This document shows, one piece after another, positions 1 to 8,103 of a DNA stretch of 32,000 nucleotides. The notes under the pieces were generated by a model that saw only the letters and a program-made list of their open reading frames with translations, was not told the origin of the DNA and did no database searches. The translations under genes were made by a program, and so were the position numbers. Source of the DNA: Promethearchaeum syntrophicum (lineage in GTDB: Archaea > Asgardarchaeota > Lokiarchaeia > Sigyniarchaeales > Promethearchaeaceae); contig NZ_CP042905.2 of the NCBI RefSeq assembly GCF_008000775.2, forward strand, positions 3,810,001-3,842,000, given 5' to 3'. Each line of letters starts with the position of its first letter. The first letter of the stretch is position 1.

Positions 1-189
1 AATGTTCTTCTCTTTATAATTTAGAAGCATTCCCTTTATTTTCTCATCTTCACCAAATGCCATCCAAATTTTTGTTGAGTCTGGATCCTGTTTATAATCC
101 ATAATAAAAAAGAAATATTCTTCTATACGTTCTCCAACAAAATCCCAAAAAATAGGTTCAGTTGTGGAATCAAGTAGGATGATTTTCAT
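1..189 (-). CDS. Partial gene (3' part lies beyond the left edge): N-terminal region of a paralog of the GNAT-type protein at 306..1076
   Basis: Reverse-strand translation from ATG at 189: MKIILLDSTTEPIFWDFVGERIEEYFFFIMDYKQDPDSTKIWMAFGEDEKIKGMLLNYKEKNI. It aligns without gaps to the N-terminus of the adjacent ORF, with roughly 47 of 63 residues identical by hand count. Confidence 0.8.
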   Translation of the reverse strand, partial: MKIILLDSTTEPIFWDFVGERIEEYFFFIMDYKQDPDSTKIWMAFGEDEKIKGMLLNYKEKNI

Positions 190-305
190 ATGAATCTTTA
201 CAAGTAGTTTTGATTCAAAAAACTTATGAACTTTAAAAATTCATTTTATCAAATTTGATATAATCTGTAATTCTCCTCAAGATGTCAGGTTATCTGTAGG
301 ATAAG

Positions 306-1076
306 TTATTTCTTCGTTTTATATTCAGAATACTGAAATATTTTTTTATATCCGATTTTCTCATAAATATGGACAGCAGGGCTATTTTCTGCGCGAACAT
401 GAATTAATCCTAAAGTTGTATGTTTAAACAATTCTTGAACAGAACGTGAAACCAGTGATGTGGCTAATCCTTGGTTTTGAAAATCAGGATCCGTGGCCAC
501 AGTAGGAATTATTCCTATTTCTTCTCCAATCCATATATTTGCAAATGAAACAATTCTATCTTCACGTTTTATACCGAACCATATATGATTTTCATCAAGT
601 TCCACATCCTTTCCTTGAACATGACTCCAAAATATTGGATCAGCTTTTCTATAAAGAGCAGCGATTTCTTCTCTATCAGATTCATGCAAAATTTCTGATA
701 CATGTTCATTTATCATTAAATTCTCACCCAAATGAATGACCATTCGATTAATAAGAACTTCTTTTTTGTGTTCTTTATCTGCAGGGCTCAATAATTCTTT
801 TTGGGTATTTATAACTGTTATTTCAGGAGTTCTAATATCCACATAATCTGCCAATTCCTTTACAGCTTCATTACTCCCACGGATATGAACATTTTTATTT
901 TTATAATTTAGAAGCATTCCTTGTATTCCCCCAACATCATCAAACGCTATCCAAATTCTTGTTACATTGGGATTCTGTTTATAATCCATAATAAAAAAGA
1001 AATATTCTTCAATACGTTCTTCAACAAACCTCCAAAAAATTGGTTCTATTGTTGAATCAAGTAAGATAATTTTCAT
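306..1076 (-). CDS. GNAT-family N-acetyltransferase-like protein with an additional N-terminal domain
   Basis: 256-aa ORF. The C-terminal half has GNAT-like motifs: ...IIPTVATDPDFQNQGLATSLVSRSVQELFKH...LIHVRAENSPAVHIYEKIGYKKIFQYSEYK (acetyl-CoA-binding Q/RxxGxA-type motif and N..A...YEKiGF ending). Confidence 0.8.
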   Translation of the reverse strand: MKIILLDSTIEPIFWRFVEERIEEYFFFIMDYKQNPNVTRIWIAFDDVGGIQGMLLNYKNKNVHIRGSNEAVKELADYVDIRTPEITVINTQKELLSPADKEHKKEVLINRMVIHLGENLMINEHVSEILHESDREEIAALYRKADPIFWSHVQGKDVELDENHIWFGIKREDRIVSFANIWIGEEIGIIPTVATDPDFQNQGLATSLVSRSVQELFKHTTLGLIHVRAENSPAVHIYEKIGYKKIFQYSEYKTKK

Positions 1077-1235
1077 ATGGATTTTTAAAAGTTGATTTTA
1101 TTCATAAAATTTTGTGAAGATTCACTGCCCATGATTCGTAGATGATATCACGATGATGAACTTGTATTATTGCATTTCTTTATCCCAAATAATCTTACTT
1201 TTGATAACGATTAATTTTATTAAACGTGAGAAAAA

Positions 1236-1697
1236 ATGAGCGCTTTCAAAGCAGTTTTGGTAGGAGAAGCAGGTGTCGGCAAGTCAACATTATCTCGCAT
1301 GTTGAGATGTAAACCAGTTGCAGCTTTTAGAAGGACACCTACAATTGGTGTAAACATCGAACAGGTTAAAACTGATAACGGCAATATGTGTCTATGGGAT
1401 CTTGGTGGTCAAAGACGTTTTCAATTTATGTGGAATGAATTTATGCGAGGATCAGAATTAACAATTTTAGTAACTGATAGCAGTGCAGCTAATGTTATGA
1501 TGACCAAGGACATAATTGAGCGACATATGAATAATTCAGCCGCAAAGATCATCGCAATTGCAAATAAGCAAGATCTTAAAGGACGAATGAAACCCGATGA
1601 AATCGAGGCAGCATTGGGCGTTCCAACATTTGGAATGGTTGGAATCGAGTCGTCAAATGAAAAGAAATTAAAGAAGATAATTGAAAAGAGTCTTTAG
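1236..1697 (+). CDS. Arf/Arl-like small GTPase
   Basis: 153 aa with G1 GEAGVGKST, TPTIG, G3 WDLGGQ (Arf-type), and G4 NKQD (Arf-type). The protein is short and lacks an N-terminal amphipathic helix extension. Confidence 0.9.
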   Translation: MSAFKAVLVGEAGVGKSTLSRMLRCKPVAAFRRTPTIGVNIEQVKTDNGNMCLWDLGGQRRFQFMWNEFMRGSELTILVTDSSAANVMMTKDIIERHMNNSAAKIIAIANKQDLKGRMKPDEIEAALGVPTFGMVGIESSNEKKLKKIIEKSL

Positions 1698-1961
1698 AAT
1701 TAAAATTTTTTTCTATTTTATTAAATCACAATACTTCTATTCAGTAAATGTCATTCCAAAGCATTATTTCTTTAGAGAAATGGAACCTGTGAGAAATTAT
1801 AATGAATGATTATTGGAAATATTCATACAAAATGGGAATATTTTTTATTAATATATAAATAAATAAAAAAAAATCTTTTTATAATAATTATGCAAAATGT
1901 ATACTAAGGTTTCATTTTCAGTTTTGAACTTGGAATCCTAAGTTATTTAATGGTGAATTAA

Positions 1962-3305
1962 TTGAAAAAAAAAATTTTAGTCGTATTTTTAGTTACTTCT
2001 TTTATTGTTCTCTTTTTAGGTCTTCCGACTTTGGGATCTGCAGTAAAAGATACAACAAAAATAGAACGGGATGTGTTGGCATTTTCTACTCTGGAAACTT
2101 ATACCGTAGAGGATTCAGTATCCAAATTTAGTCGAGAAGATTGGTTTCTTATTACAGATGTAGAACCTGGAATGATGACATTAGAAGTATCGTGGGGGAA
2201 TTCATACAATTTAAATTGTTATATTTCTACAACTGCTTCAAGATATACTGCCATAGCTCAAGGTATTACTGCTAATAATCCTGAAACTTGTGGTGTTGAT
2301 ATCCAAACTGCTGGAGATTATTATATTGGGATTTATTTTGCTTCAAGCGGACGAACCGTTGACACACCATATACAGCTGTTGCCACCTTCTATACTGGTC
2401 CTGGATCTGATGATGTAATAGATCCTGAAGTATCAATTACAGCTCCAGTTAATGGAGCTATTGTTTCCGATACAATTTCAATTACAGCAACAGCAAGCGA
2501 TGCAGAATCAGGAATAGATTATTTAGTATGCAATTTTGGGGGTACTAATCTAGGAGCTGATTCATCAAGTCCTTACTCATGGACTTATGATACGACCACA
2601 ATTTCGGATGGCATTTATACTCTTTCTGTAACAGCCTACGATATTGCAGGTAATTCCGCCTCAGAAATTATATCGGTGGAAACTAATAATGGAATTGTAG
2701 ACCCTGAAGGAGAAAAGATCGCTGTCTTCTTCTGGGCGAGCGACGCAGGAACTCAGGCAAATATCGATGAATATTGGGCAGTTTTACAAGCCCAAGGTTA
2801 TACTAAAAAGTTCGATTTTGGAGATACACCTGATTTTGAAGCAGACTTTGCAACTGTGGAAGCTTATGAGAACCCTGAAGATACTATTTTCTTCTATCTC
2901 TTTGGTCACGGGAACAATAATGGTGAAGACTCATTAACAGTTTTTGCCCCAGGAACTAGTTTAGTCTATTCAAGCGAACTCCGGGTTATGTTTGATACGT
3001 TGGATGCAGAGCGGATTGGTTATTTAATTGAATCTTGTCATTCCGGCGGATTTCCACTTGATTTTCAAGCAGAGCCATATTTAGCGATGTCTACATCAGA
3101 TGAGGACCATAATTCCTATGCTTTAAGCACTTTACCAGGGGAAGGATTATTCTCAGATGCGTTCTTTGACCACGTCTTAGATGGCTATAATGCTGTTGAC
3201 TCTTTCTATTTTGCTCGGCAAGTTGTCTTTGATAATGCTCGAAATGATCGTTTTGCTCAATTTCCATTAATAGAAGATTATTCTGTTTATGAATGGTTCG
3301 TTTAA
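1962..3305 (+). CDS. Secreted protein with bacterial Ig-like domain and C-terminal caspase/legumain-like (clan CD) peptidase domain
   Basis: N-terminal signal peptide (MKKKILVVFLVTSFIVLFLGLPTLGSA). Ig-like segment DPEVSITAPVNGAIVSDTISITATASDAESGI...YTLSVTAYDIAGNSA. Possible catalytic dyad FFYLFGHGNNNG ... GYLIESCHSGG (HG and SCxSG motifs). Confidence 0.72.
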   Translation: MKKKILVVFLVTSFIVLFLGLPTLGSAVKDTTKIERDVLAFSTLETYTVEDSVSKFSREDWFLITDVEPGMMTLEVSWGNSYNLNCYISTTASRYTAIAQGITANNPETCGVDIQTAGDYYIGIYFASSGRTVDTPYTAVATFYTGPGSDDVIDPEVSITAPVNGAIVSDTISITATASDAESGIDYLVCNFGGTNLGADSSSPYSWTYDTTTISDGIYTLSVTAYDIAGNSASEIISVETNNGIVDPEGEKIAVFFWASDAGTQANIDEYWAVLQAQGYTKKFDFGDTPDFEADFATVEAYENPEDTIFFYLFGHGNNNGEDSLTVFAPGTSLVYSSELRVMFDTLDAERIGYLIESCHSGGFPLDFQAEPYLAMSTSDEDHNSYALSTLPGEGLFSDAFFDHVLDGYNAVDSFYFARQVVFDNARNDRFAQFPLIEDYSVYEWFV

Positions 3306-3328
3306 AACTTGAATCATAAGTAATCTTC

Positions 3329-3339
3329 TTTTTTTTTTT
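3329..3339 (+). terminator. Candidate U-rich archaeal terminator downstream of the secreted caspase-like gene
   Basis: Run of 11 T beginning 24 nt after the stop codon at 3305, in a convergent intergenic region. Archaeal RNA polymerase terminates on oligo-T tracts. Confidence 0.4.
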
Positions 3340-3366
3340 ATTTTGTGTATCTATTAAAAAGGAAAA

Positions 3367-3696
3367 TTAATCTCCGATGCTAATAGTTTTCATGGGTTCA
3401 AATACAAGGACATAACAACCATTCTTACTTTTTGGGCAATGTTCAACAGCTTTAGGAACAACTAGAACTTCTCCTTCTTTTAAAATGACATCTGGTTGAT
3501 TTCTAAGTTGGATTGTAACTTGTCCTCGATATGCTAAAAACATCTCATCTTCAAGGGTGTGTTTATGCCAATGATATTCTCCATGACAAAATGCCATTCG
3601 AACAACTTGATTATTTAGTTTGACCACTTCAACAGGAGTCCAAGGTTTTCCATCAATTTCTAGGATTTTTTCTTCAAGATTAATTTGAGAGAGCAT
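3367..3696 (-). CDS. Small cupin-domain protein
   Basis: 109 aa with metal-binding cupin motif YHWHKHTLEDEMFLAYRGQVTIQL...GEVLVVPKAVEHCP. Confidence 0.85.
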   Translation of the reverse strand: MLSQINLEEKILEIDGKPWTPVEVVKLNNQVVRMAFCHGEYHWHKHTLEDEMFLAYRGQVTIQLRNQPDVILKEGEVLVVPKAVEHCPKSKNGCYVLVFEPMKTISIGD

Positions 3697-3792
3697 AATT
3701 TATCTTAAGTTAGGGTAAGATAAAATAAAATTGAAAAAAAAACAACCAAAAATTGGTTACTTATAAACCTAACAATTTATTGGCAGAATTCT

Positions 3793-5682
3793 CTATCCTT
3801 CTGTTGGTTTTTCTAATTTTTCGATTTTTTCTGTTAAAATATCCACTTTTCTCTCTAACATCTTCAATCCTATCGTCAAACGATCTATTTTTCCTTGCTC
3901 TTTGTCATGGAGATCGATTTGTCGTTTTAATTGTTTGATATAATCATATAGAGTTTGACAAAATTCATCAAATTTCTCTATATCGCTAAAATCACATTCC
4001 ATTCCCAATTCCCTATTTAATCCGATTTTTGCCAGATCACCCCAATCTAGTTCCTTTGCTTTTACAGGAACAACCTGAACATTATACTCACGAGAGAGTT
4101 TAAGCTCATATTGGCAATCTACCGAATTTACTGAAGTAGGTGTGGCAATGAAGAGTACGAGTTGAGATTGTGGAACATTTTTATCCATAAAGCCATCAAT
4201 ATTTCCAGAAAGATCCCGTTCACAAAGAAATGCAATATCCACTTCTAATTGTTTTTGTAAAAATAAGCTTAACTGTTCCAATCGACAAGGTTCATAATCA
4301 ACAACAGCATGACTGATAAATACATTGATCGCCATCTTTTTCTTGCTATATTCTTTGATTTCTGGAAGTGTTTTTGCTGAAATAAGTTTGTCATTGAGTA
4401 CAAGAGGATTGTTATCAATTGAAAAATCAATCAGGTTATTTAATTTGAAAACTGAATATGGTAAATGAGTTAGCTGGTTGTTGTTAAGCGTTAAAATTTC
4501 TAATCGTGGAAAACTGCTTAGTTTATCTAGAAATTCTTTTAGATTATTATTATAAAGGTTGAGTGTTTGAAGATTGGATAAATTAAAAATCGATTTAGGA
4601 AGGAATTCTAATGAAGAATTTCCTGTAAGTTTTAATACAGTTAGAGATTTCAGATTTCCAATATGTTCTGGTAATTTCTTCAGTGATCGACAAGTTGTAA
4701 TTATTAGCGATTTTAACGAAATCAATTCTGTTAATCCATCCGAAATCACCTCCATTTTTCCAGAATTTATAATTATGGTTTCTAAACTCTTTAATTCTTT
4801 GAAATGATCTGGAAAATCATTAGCTACCAAAGTTTTAAGGCTTTTTAGATGAATGAATGATTGAGGAAATCGAATTATTTGTAGCGGGAGACTTAATTCT
4901 TCCAAAAACTCGATGTTTCCAATATGTTCTGGTAACTCTTGAATCTTAGTATCGGAAAGATCTAAAATTTTCAAAGATTTAAGACTTGCAATATCAGCAG
5001 GAAAAATTTTTAATGGATTATCGTGGAGCATTAATGTATGGAGATTTTCTTGAACAGACAATGCTTTTTCAATTTTTTCAATCAAATTATTTGATAAATT
5101 TAAAAATTTAAGGTTTTTTAGATGTTGTAAAAATTGTATTGAAACTATCTTGCAATTAGAGGCATCCAAATATTCAAGATTTTCCAATTTAATTAGTTCT
5201 TTATATAAATCAACAGCATTTGGAGCCCAATTTGGTTGACGCGTGGCGCGCAGTGCATCATCCACCGCTTTTCTTCTCTCTTCAATGGATTTATAAAATC
5301 TGTGTTGAGATTTTTGAAATTCAACTTGCCTTCTTTTGGTTTCATTTATAAATTCTGAAAAGATTTCTCCCCATGCACTAACGTCTATTGCTTTAAGGTT
5401 TGTGAGCTTCGAAATTTTGGGAATTCTTTTTATTAAATTTAATTTCTTTTCATTAATATTATCAAATCCCAATCCTAATTCCACAACATGTTGGTCTTTT
5501 GAAATAAAACCAAATTGATGTACCTTATATTTCTCGATCTGGTGTGTCTGTTCATCGATTTTATAATCATCCCATGTAATTTTATCTACATGTGATAAGG
5601 GAACACCAAATTGTTTTTCCAGTTCTTGCAGTACTTCAGCTTCCTCTTTTATCAATTCAATATTTTCGTATTTTTCTGACAT
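3793..5682 (-). CDS. Leucine-rich-repeat protein with C-terminal TIR domain and terminal coiled coil
   Basis: 629 aa. Multiple LxxLxxLxLxxNxLxxLP-type repeats (e.g. LKNLKFLNLSNNLIEKIEKAL, LKSLKILDLSDTKIQELPEHIGN, LSNLQTLNLYNNNLKEFL). TIR-like segment MAINVFISHAVVDYEPCRLEQLSLFLQ...VPQSQLVLFIATPTSVNSVDCQYELKLSREYNVQVVPVKA. C-terminal heptad-like IDRLTIGLKMLERKVDILTEKIEKLEK. Confidence 0.88.
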   Translation of the reverse strand: MSEKYENIELIKEEAEVLQELEKQFGVPLSHVDKITWDDYKIDEQTHQIEKYKVHQFGFISKDQHVVELGLGFDNINEKKLNLIKRIPKISKLTNLKAIDVSAWGEIFSEFINETKRRQVEFQKSQHRFYKSIEERRKAVDDALRATRQPNWAPNAVDLYKELIKLENLEYLDASNCKIVSIQFLQHLKNLKFLNLSNNLIEKIEKALSVQENLHTLMLHDNPLKIFPADIASLKSLKILDLSDTKIQELPEHIGNIEFLEELSLPLQIIRFPQSFIHLKSLKTLVANDFPDHFKELKSLETIIINSGKMEVISDGLTELISLKSLIITTCRSLKKLPEHIGNLKSLTVLKLTGNSSLEFLPKSIFNLSNLQTLNLYNNNLKEFLDKLSSFPRLEILTLNNNQLTHLPYSVFKLNNLIDFSIDNNPLVLNDKLISAKTLPEIKEYSKKKMAINVFISHAVVDYEPCRLEQLSLFLQKQLEVDIAFLCERDLSGNIDGFMDKNVPQSQLVLFIATPTSVNSVDCQYELKLSREYNVQVVPVKAKELDWGDLAKIGLNRELGMECDFSDIEKFDEFCQTLYDYIKQLKRQIDLHDKEQGKIDRLTIGLKMLERKVDILTEKIEKLEKPTEG

Positions 5683-6236
5683 TTTTCTTCTCTTTCCTAA
5701 GTGCGATTTTTACCATTTGAATTCTTATATTATCTTCTCAATCTAATTTAAATACTTTCTTGATACATTTGATCTCTTGAGGAATAATTTTTAAAAACAA
5801 TTTAAAATTTCATAAAGATTTGGAATAAAAAAAAAATAAGATTGATTCCATTTTTTAATACACCGATGAAATATTAAACTAAAAAAATTCATAACTTTTT
5901 CATTTCAATTTTAATCTCTAAAAAAAAAAACATGGTTTAAATGGATCTTATTCTTAAAAAATAAATTTAATGGCATATTTCTATTCAAAATTAATAATTA
6001 TTTAGACCTCATTTCATTAATGCCAGTCTATGAATTGGAGTCTCATCTATTATATGATTATTTTGAAATAAAAATCTTAAAATAAGTTTAATGGATACAT
6101 TTTTGAGTAATTCTATTATTTTTTGCAAATATGTACATAATATAGAGGAATATTATTAAAAGAATAAAAAAAAGAAGGGATTTTAAGGAGATTAAATACT
6201 AACAATTTTAATACACCTTTTGGAGTATTACATATT

Positions 6237-7490
6237 ATGAACAAAGATAAAAAAATAAAATATTCTGCCTTAATATTTTTAATTTTAACCAGTTTTTCAA
6301 TTATTAACGTTAAATCTATTAATGTAAGTAGCATTCAAAATTCAGGGTTTGATTATGACATATGGCATATGAGTGATAATCTAACAACGGATTATATGGA
6401 TATCTCATATAAACAAATATCACGTGAATCTGTATATGGTGATGATTATTTACAACGTTCTATAGAAATTAAATTCTTAGATGGAACTAATTCACAATTT
6501 TCTTATGCAATCGATTTATCATTCAATGATACAGGAGTGGACCTAGAAAATCATGCTGTTCTTGATTGGTCAAAATATAATGGAATATCCCAATACATTG
6601 AAACAGAAACTGGGTATGGAAATCTCACAATTGATACTCGTTATCTATTTTACGGAATGGCAATTGGAAAAGGTAATGCAAGTCAAATTGCTTTGGGAAA
6701 TTATACATGGACAAATGAACTTGGAGATGATTGTTGGCAATTAGGTCAAGAAAATGAAAGTGCGTTCATCGATTACGGCAATAAAAGTGTTTTTGGAGAG
6801 GTTATATATGAAACGTATAATTATACCTATGAAAATCAAGAATACAAAGATATCATGATCTATTTTAATGTTACAATGGATGGACAAATTGGATTTGAAA
6901 ATCAAATGAGATATCTACCAATCATTATGCCCATTCAGATACATCATAATGTCACTGAAACTTCTTATAAATATGGTTTTGATATGGATTTTTCAGAAGC
7001 TAAAGATTTCTCAACGAACAGTCAACATGAATTATCTGATGGGGATGAATATTTTCTTTTACAAACAGATAAACTTTCTGTATGGTATAGTATTTTTAAT
7101 CAAGAAGATGCTGGTCCAGATGGAGATATTAATCAATTTAGTTCAAATGAAAATAATGATATTGCAGAATTTAATGTAAATGGAATTCCAGTATATCAAC
7201 ATTTTCCAACTTATTATAAATTGGATAATGAAACCTCGGAACGAGAAACTACAAGATTATACTATGAAATTGGTTCAAAAGATCCGGTTTATTTTTCAAC
7301 AATGTTCTTATTATTTGATGGGTTTAAATATAACCAAACATCAAGATTTTATTTTGATCCAAAAATCATTGTTCCAAATATATTAGAGAAATCATCCAAC
7401 ATTCCGGGATTTTCTTTTTATCCTTTAATAAGTGCACTATTTGTTTCGATTTTCCTAATAAAAATCCGTTTAAAAAAGAACTTAAATTAA
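6237..7490 (+). CDS. Secreted/surface protein of unknown function with C-terminal anchoring signal
   Basis: 417 aa. N-terminal hydrophobic signal (YSALIFLILTSFSIINVKS). Asn/Asp/Tyr-rich ectodomain. C-terminus SSNIPGFSFYPLISALFVSIFLIKIRLKKNLN: IPGF motif, transmembrane helix, basic tail. Confidence 0.75.
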   Translation: MNKDKKIKYSALIFLILTSFSIINVKSINVSSIQNSGFDYDIWHMSDNLTTDYMDISYKQISRESVYGDDYLQRSIEIKFLDGTNSQFSYAIDLSFNDTGVDLENHAVLDWSKYNGISQYIETETGYGNLTIDTRYLFYGMAIGKGNASQIALGNYTWTNELGDDCWQLGQENESAFIDYGNKSVFGEVIYETYNYTYENQEYKDIMIYFNVTMDGQIGFENQMRYLPIIMPIQIHHNVTETSYKYGFDMDFSEAKDFSTNSQHELSDGDEYFLLQTDKLSVWYSIFNQEDAGPDGDINQFSSNENNDIAEFNVNGIPVYQHFPTYYKLDNETSERETTRLYYEIGSKDPVYFSTMFLLFDGFKYNQTSRFYFDPKIIVPNILEKSSNIPGFSFYPLISALFVSIFLIKIRLKKNLN

Positions 7491-7494
7491 TTCA

Positions 7495-7506
7495 TTTTTT
7501 TTTTTT
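7495..7506 (+). terminator. Candidate U-rich archaeal terminator
   Basis: 12-T run starting 5 nt after the stop of the 6237..7490 gene. Confidence 0.4.
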
Positions 7507-7600
7507 CCATACATTATATATTATTAATTTTTATTTTCAGATGTAAATAATTAATTTTTTCCGAAAATTTTTACATTATTTCTGAAAACTCACAGGAAAA

Positions 7601-7990
7601 CTACTCCTCAAATTTTAATGAAATCGAATTTACACAATATCTTTTACCTGTGGGTTCTGGACCATCATTAAAAATGTGCCCTAAATGACCACCACACTTA
7701 CTGCAGAGAATTTCATCCCTAATCATTCCCAAACTAGAATCTTGTTTAATATCGATTTTTTCTTTTTTTGCAGCGAAGAAACTTGGCCAACCACAACCCG
7801 AATCAAATTTTGTATTTGAATCAAATAGTGGATTGCCACAACCAGCACAATGATATATTCCCTCTTCTTTTTTGTCCAAATATTTCCCTGTATAGGGTAT
7901 TTCTGTTTCCTTTAAACGTAGAACCCTAAATTCTTCGTCTGTTAATTTCTCGCGCCAATATTTAATATCTTTGTTAGTGTTGTTACTCAT
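7601..7990 (-). CDS. msrB: Peptide-methionine (R)-S-oxide reductase MsrB
   Basis: Motifs YHCAGCGNPLF, FDSGCGWPSFF, CSKCGGHLGHIFNDGPEPTGKRYCVNSISLKF; two CxxC zinc pairs and the RYCVNS active site. MSNNTNKD at 7990 is the likelier start; the ORF track begins at 8056. Confidence 0.95.
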   Translation of the reverse strand: MSNNTNKDIKYWREKLTDEEFRVLRLKETEIPYTGKYLDKKEEGIYHCAGCGNPLFDSNTKFDSGCGWPSFFAAKKEKIDIKQDSSLGMIRDEILCSKCGGHLGHIFNDGPEPTGKRYCVNSISLKFEE

Positions 7991-8103
7991 TTTCAAAGCA
8001 ATTAAGAAATCAATATTTTTTAAAAGAATCTGTTTTAGTATAAAGGTAAAATACAAAGTATTTTTTTAGGAATAAATAAATTTTGTGTGTTTTTCTCATT
8101 ATT

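Noticed and set aside
1153-1159. ATGATGA resembling a box C of a C/D-box guide RNA upstream of the Arf-like gene
   Set aside because: No CTGA box D or C'/D' pair at suitable spacing before the next gene.
4574-5518. Plus-strand ORFs 4574..4807 and 5336..5518 inside the LRR-TIR gene (and 3753..3938 overlapping its end)
   Set aside because: Short, domain-free translations antisense to a clearly repeated LRR coding region; expected by chance.
5683-6236. Long AT-rich intergenic region considered as a CRISPR or repeat array, or small RNA gene
   Set aside because: No regularly spaced direct repeats, and no recognisable structured RNA by eye; treated only as a probable shared promoter region.
6116-6334. 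Minus-strand 72-aa ORF over the start of the 6237..7490 gene
   Set aside because: Low-complexity, AT-driven translation overlapping a gene with a credible signal peptide.
6553-7386. Plus-strand ORFs 6553..6744, 6949..7179 and 7180..7386 nested in the 6237..7490 gene
   Set aside because: Out-of-frame, domain-free ORFs inside one longer continuous ORF with signal peptide and C-terminal anchor; no sign of a frameshifted alternative.
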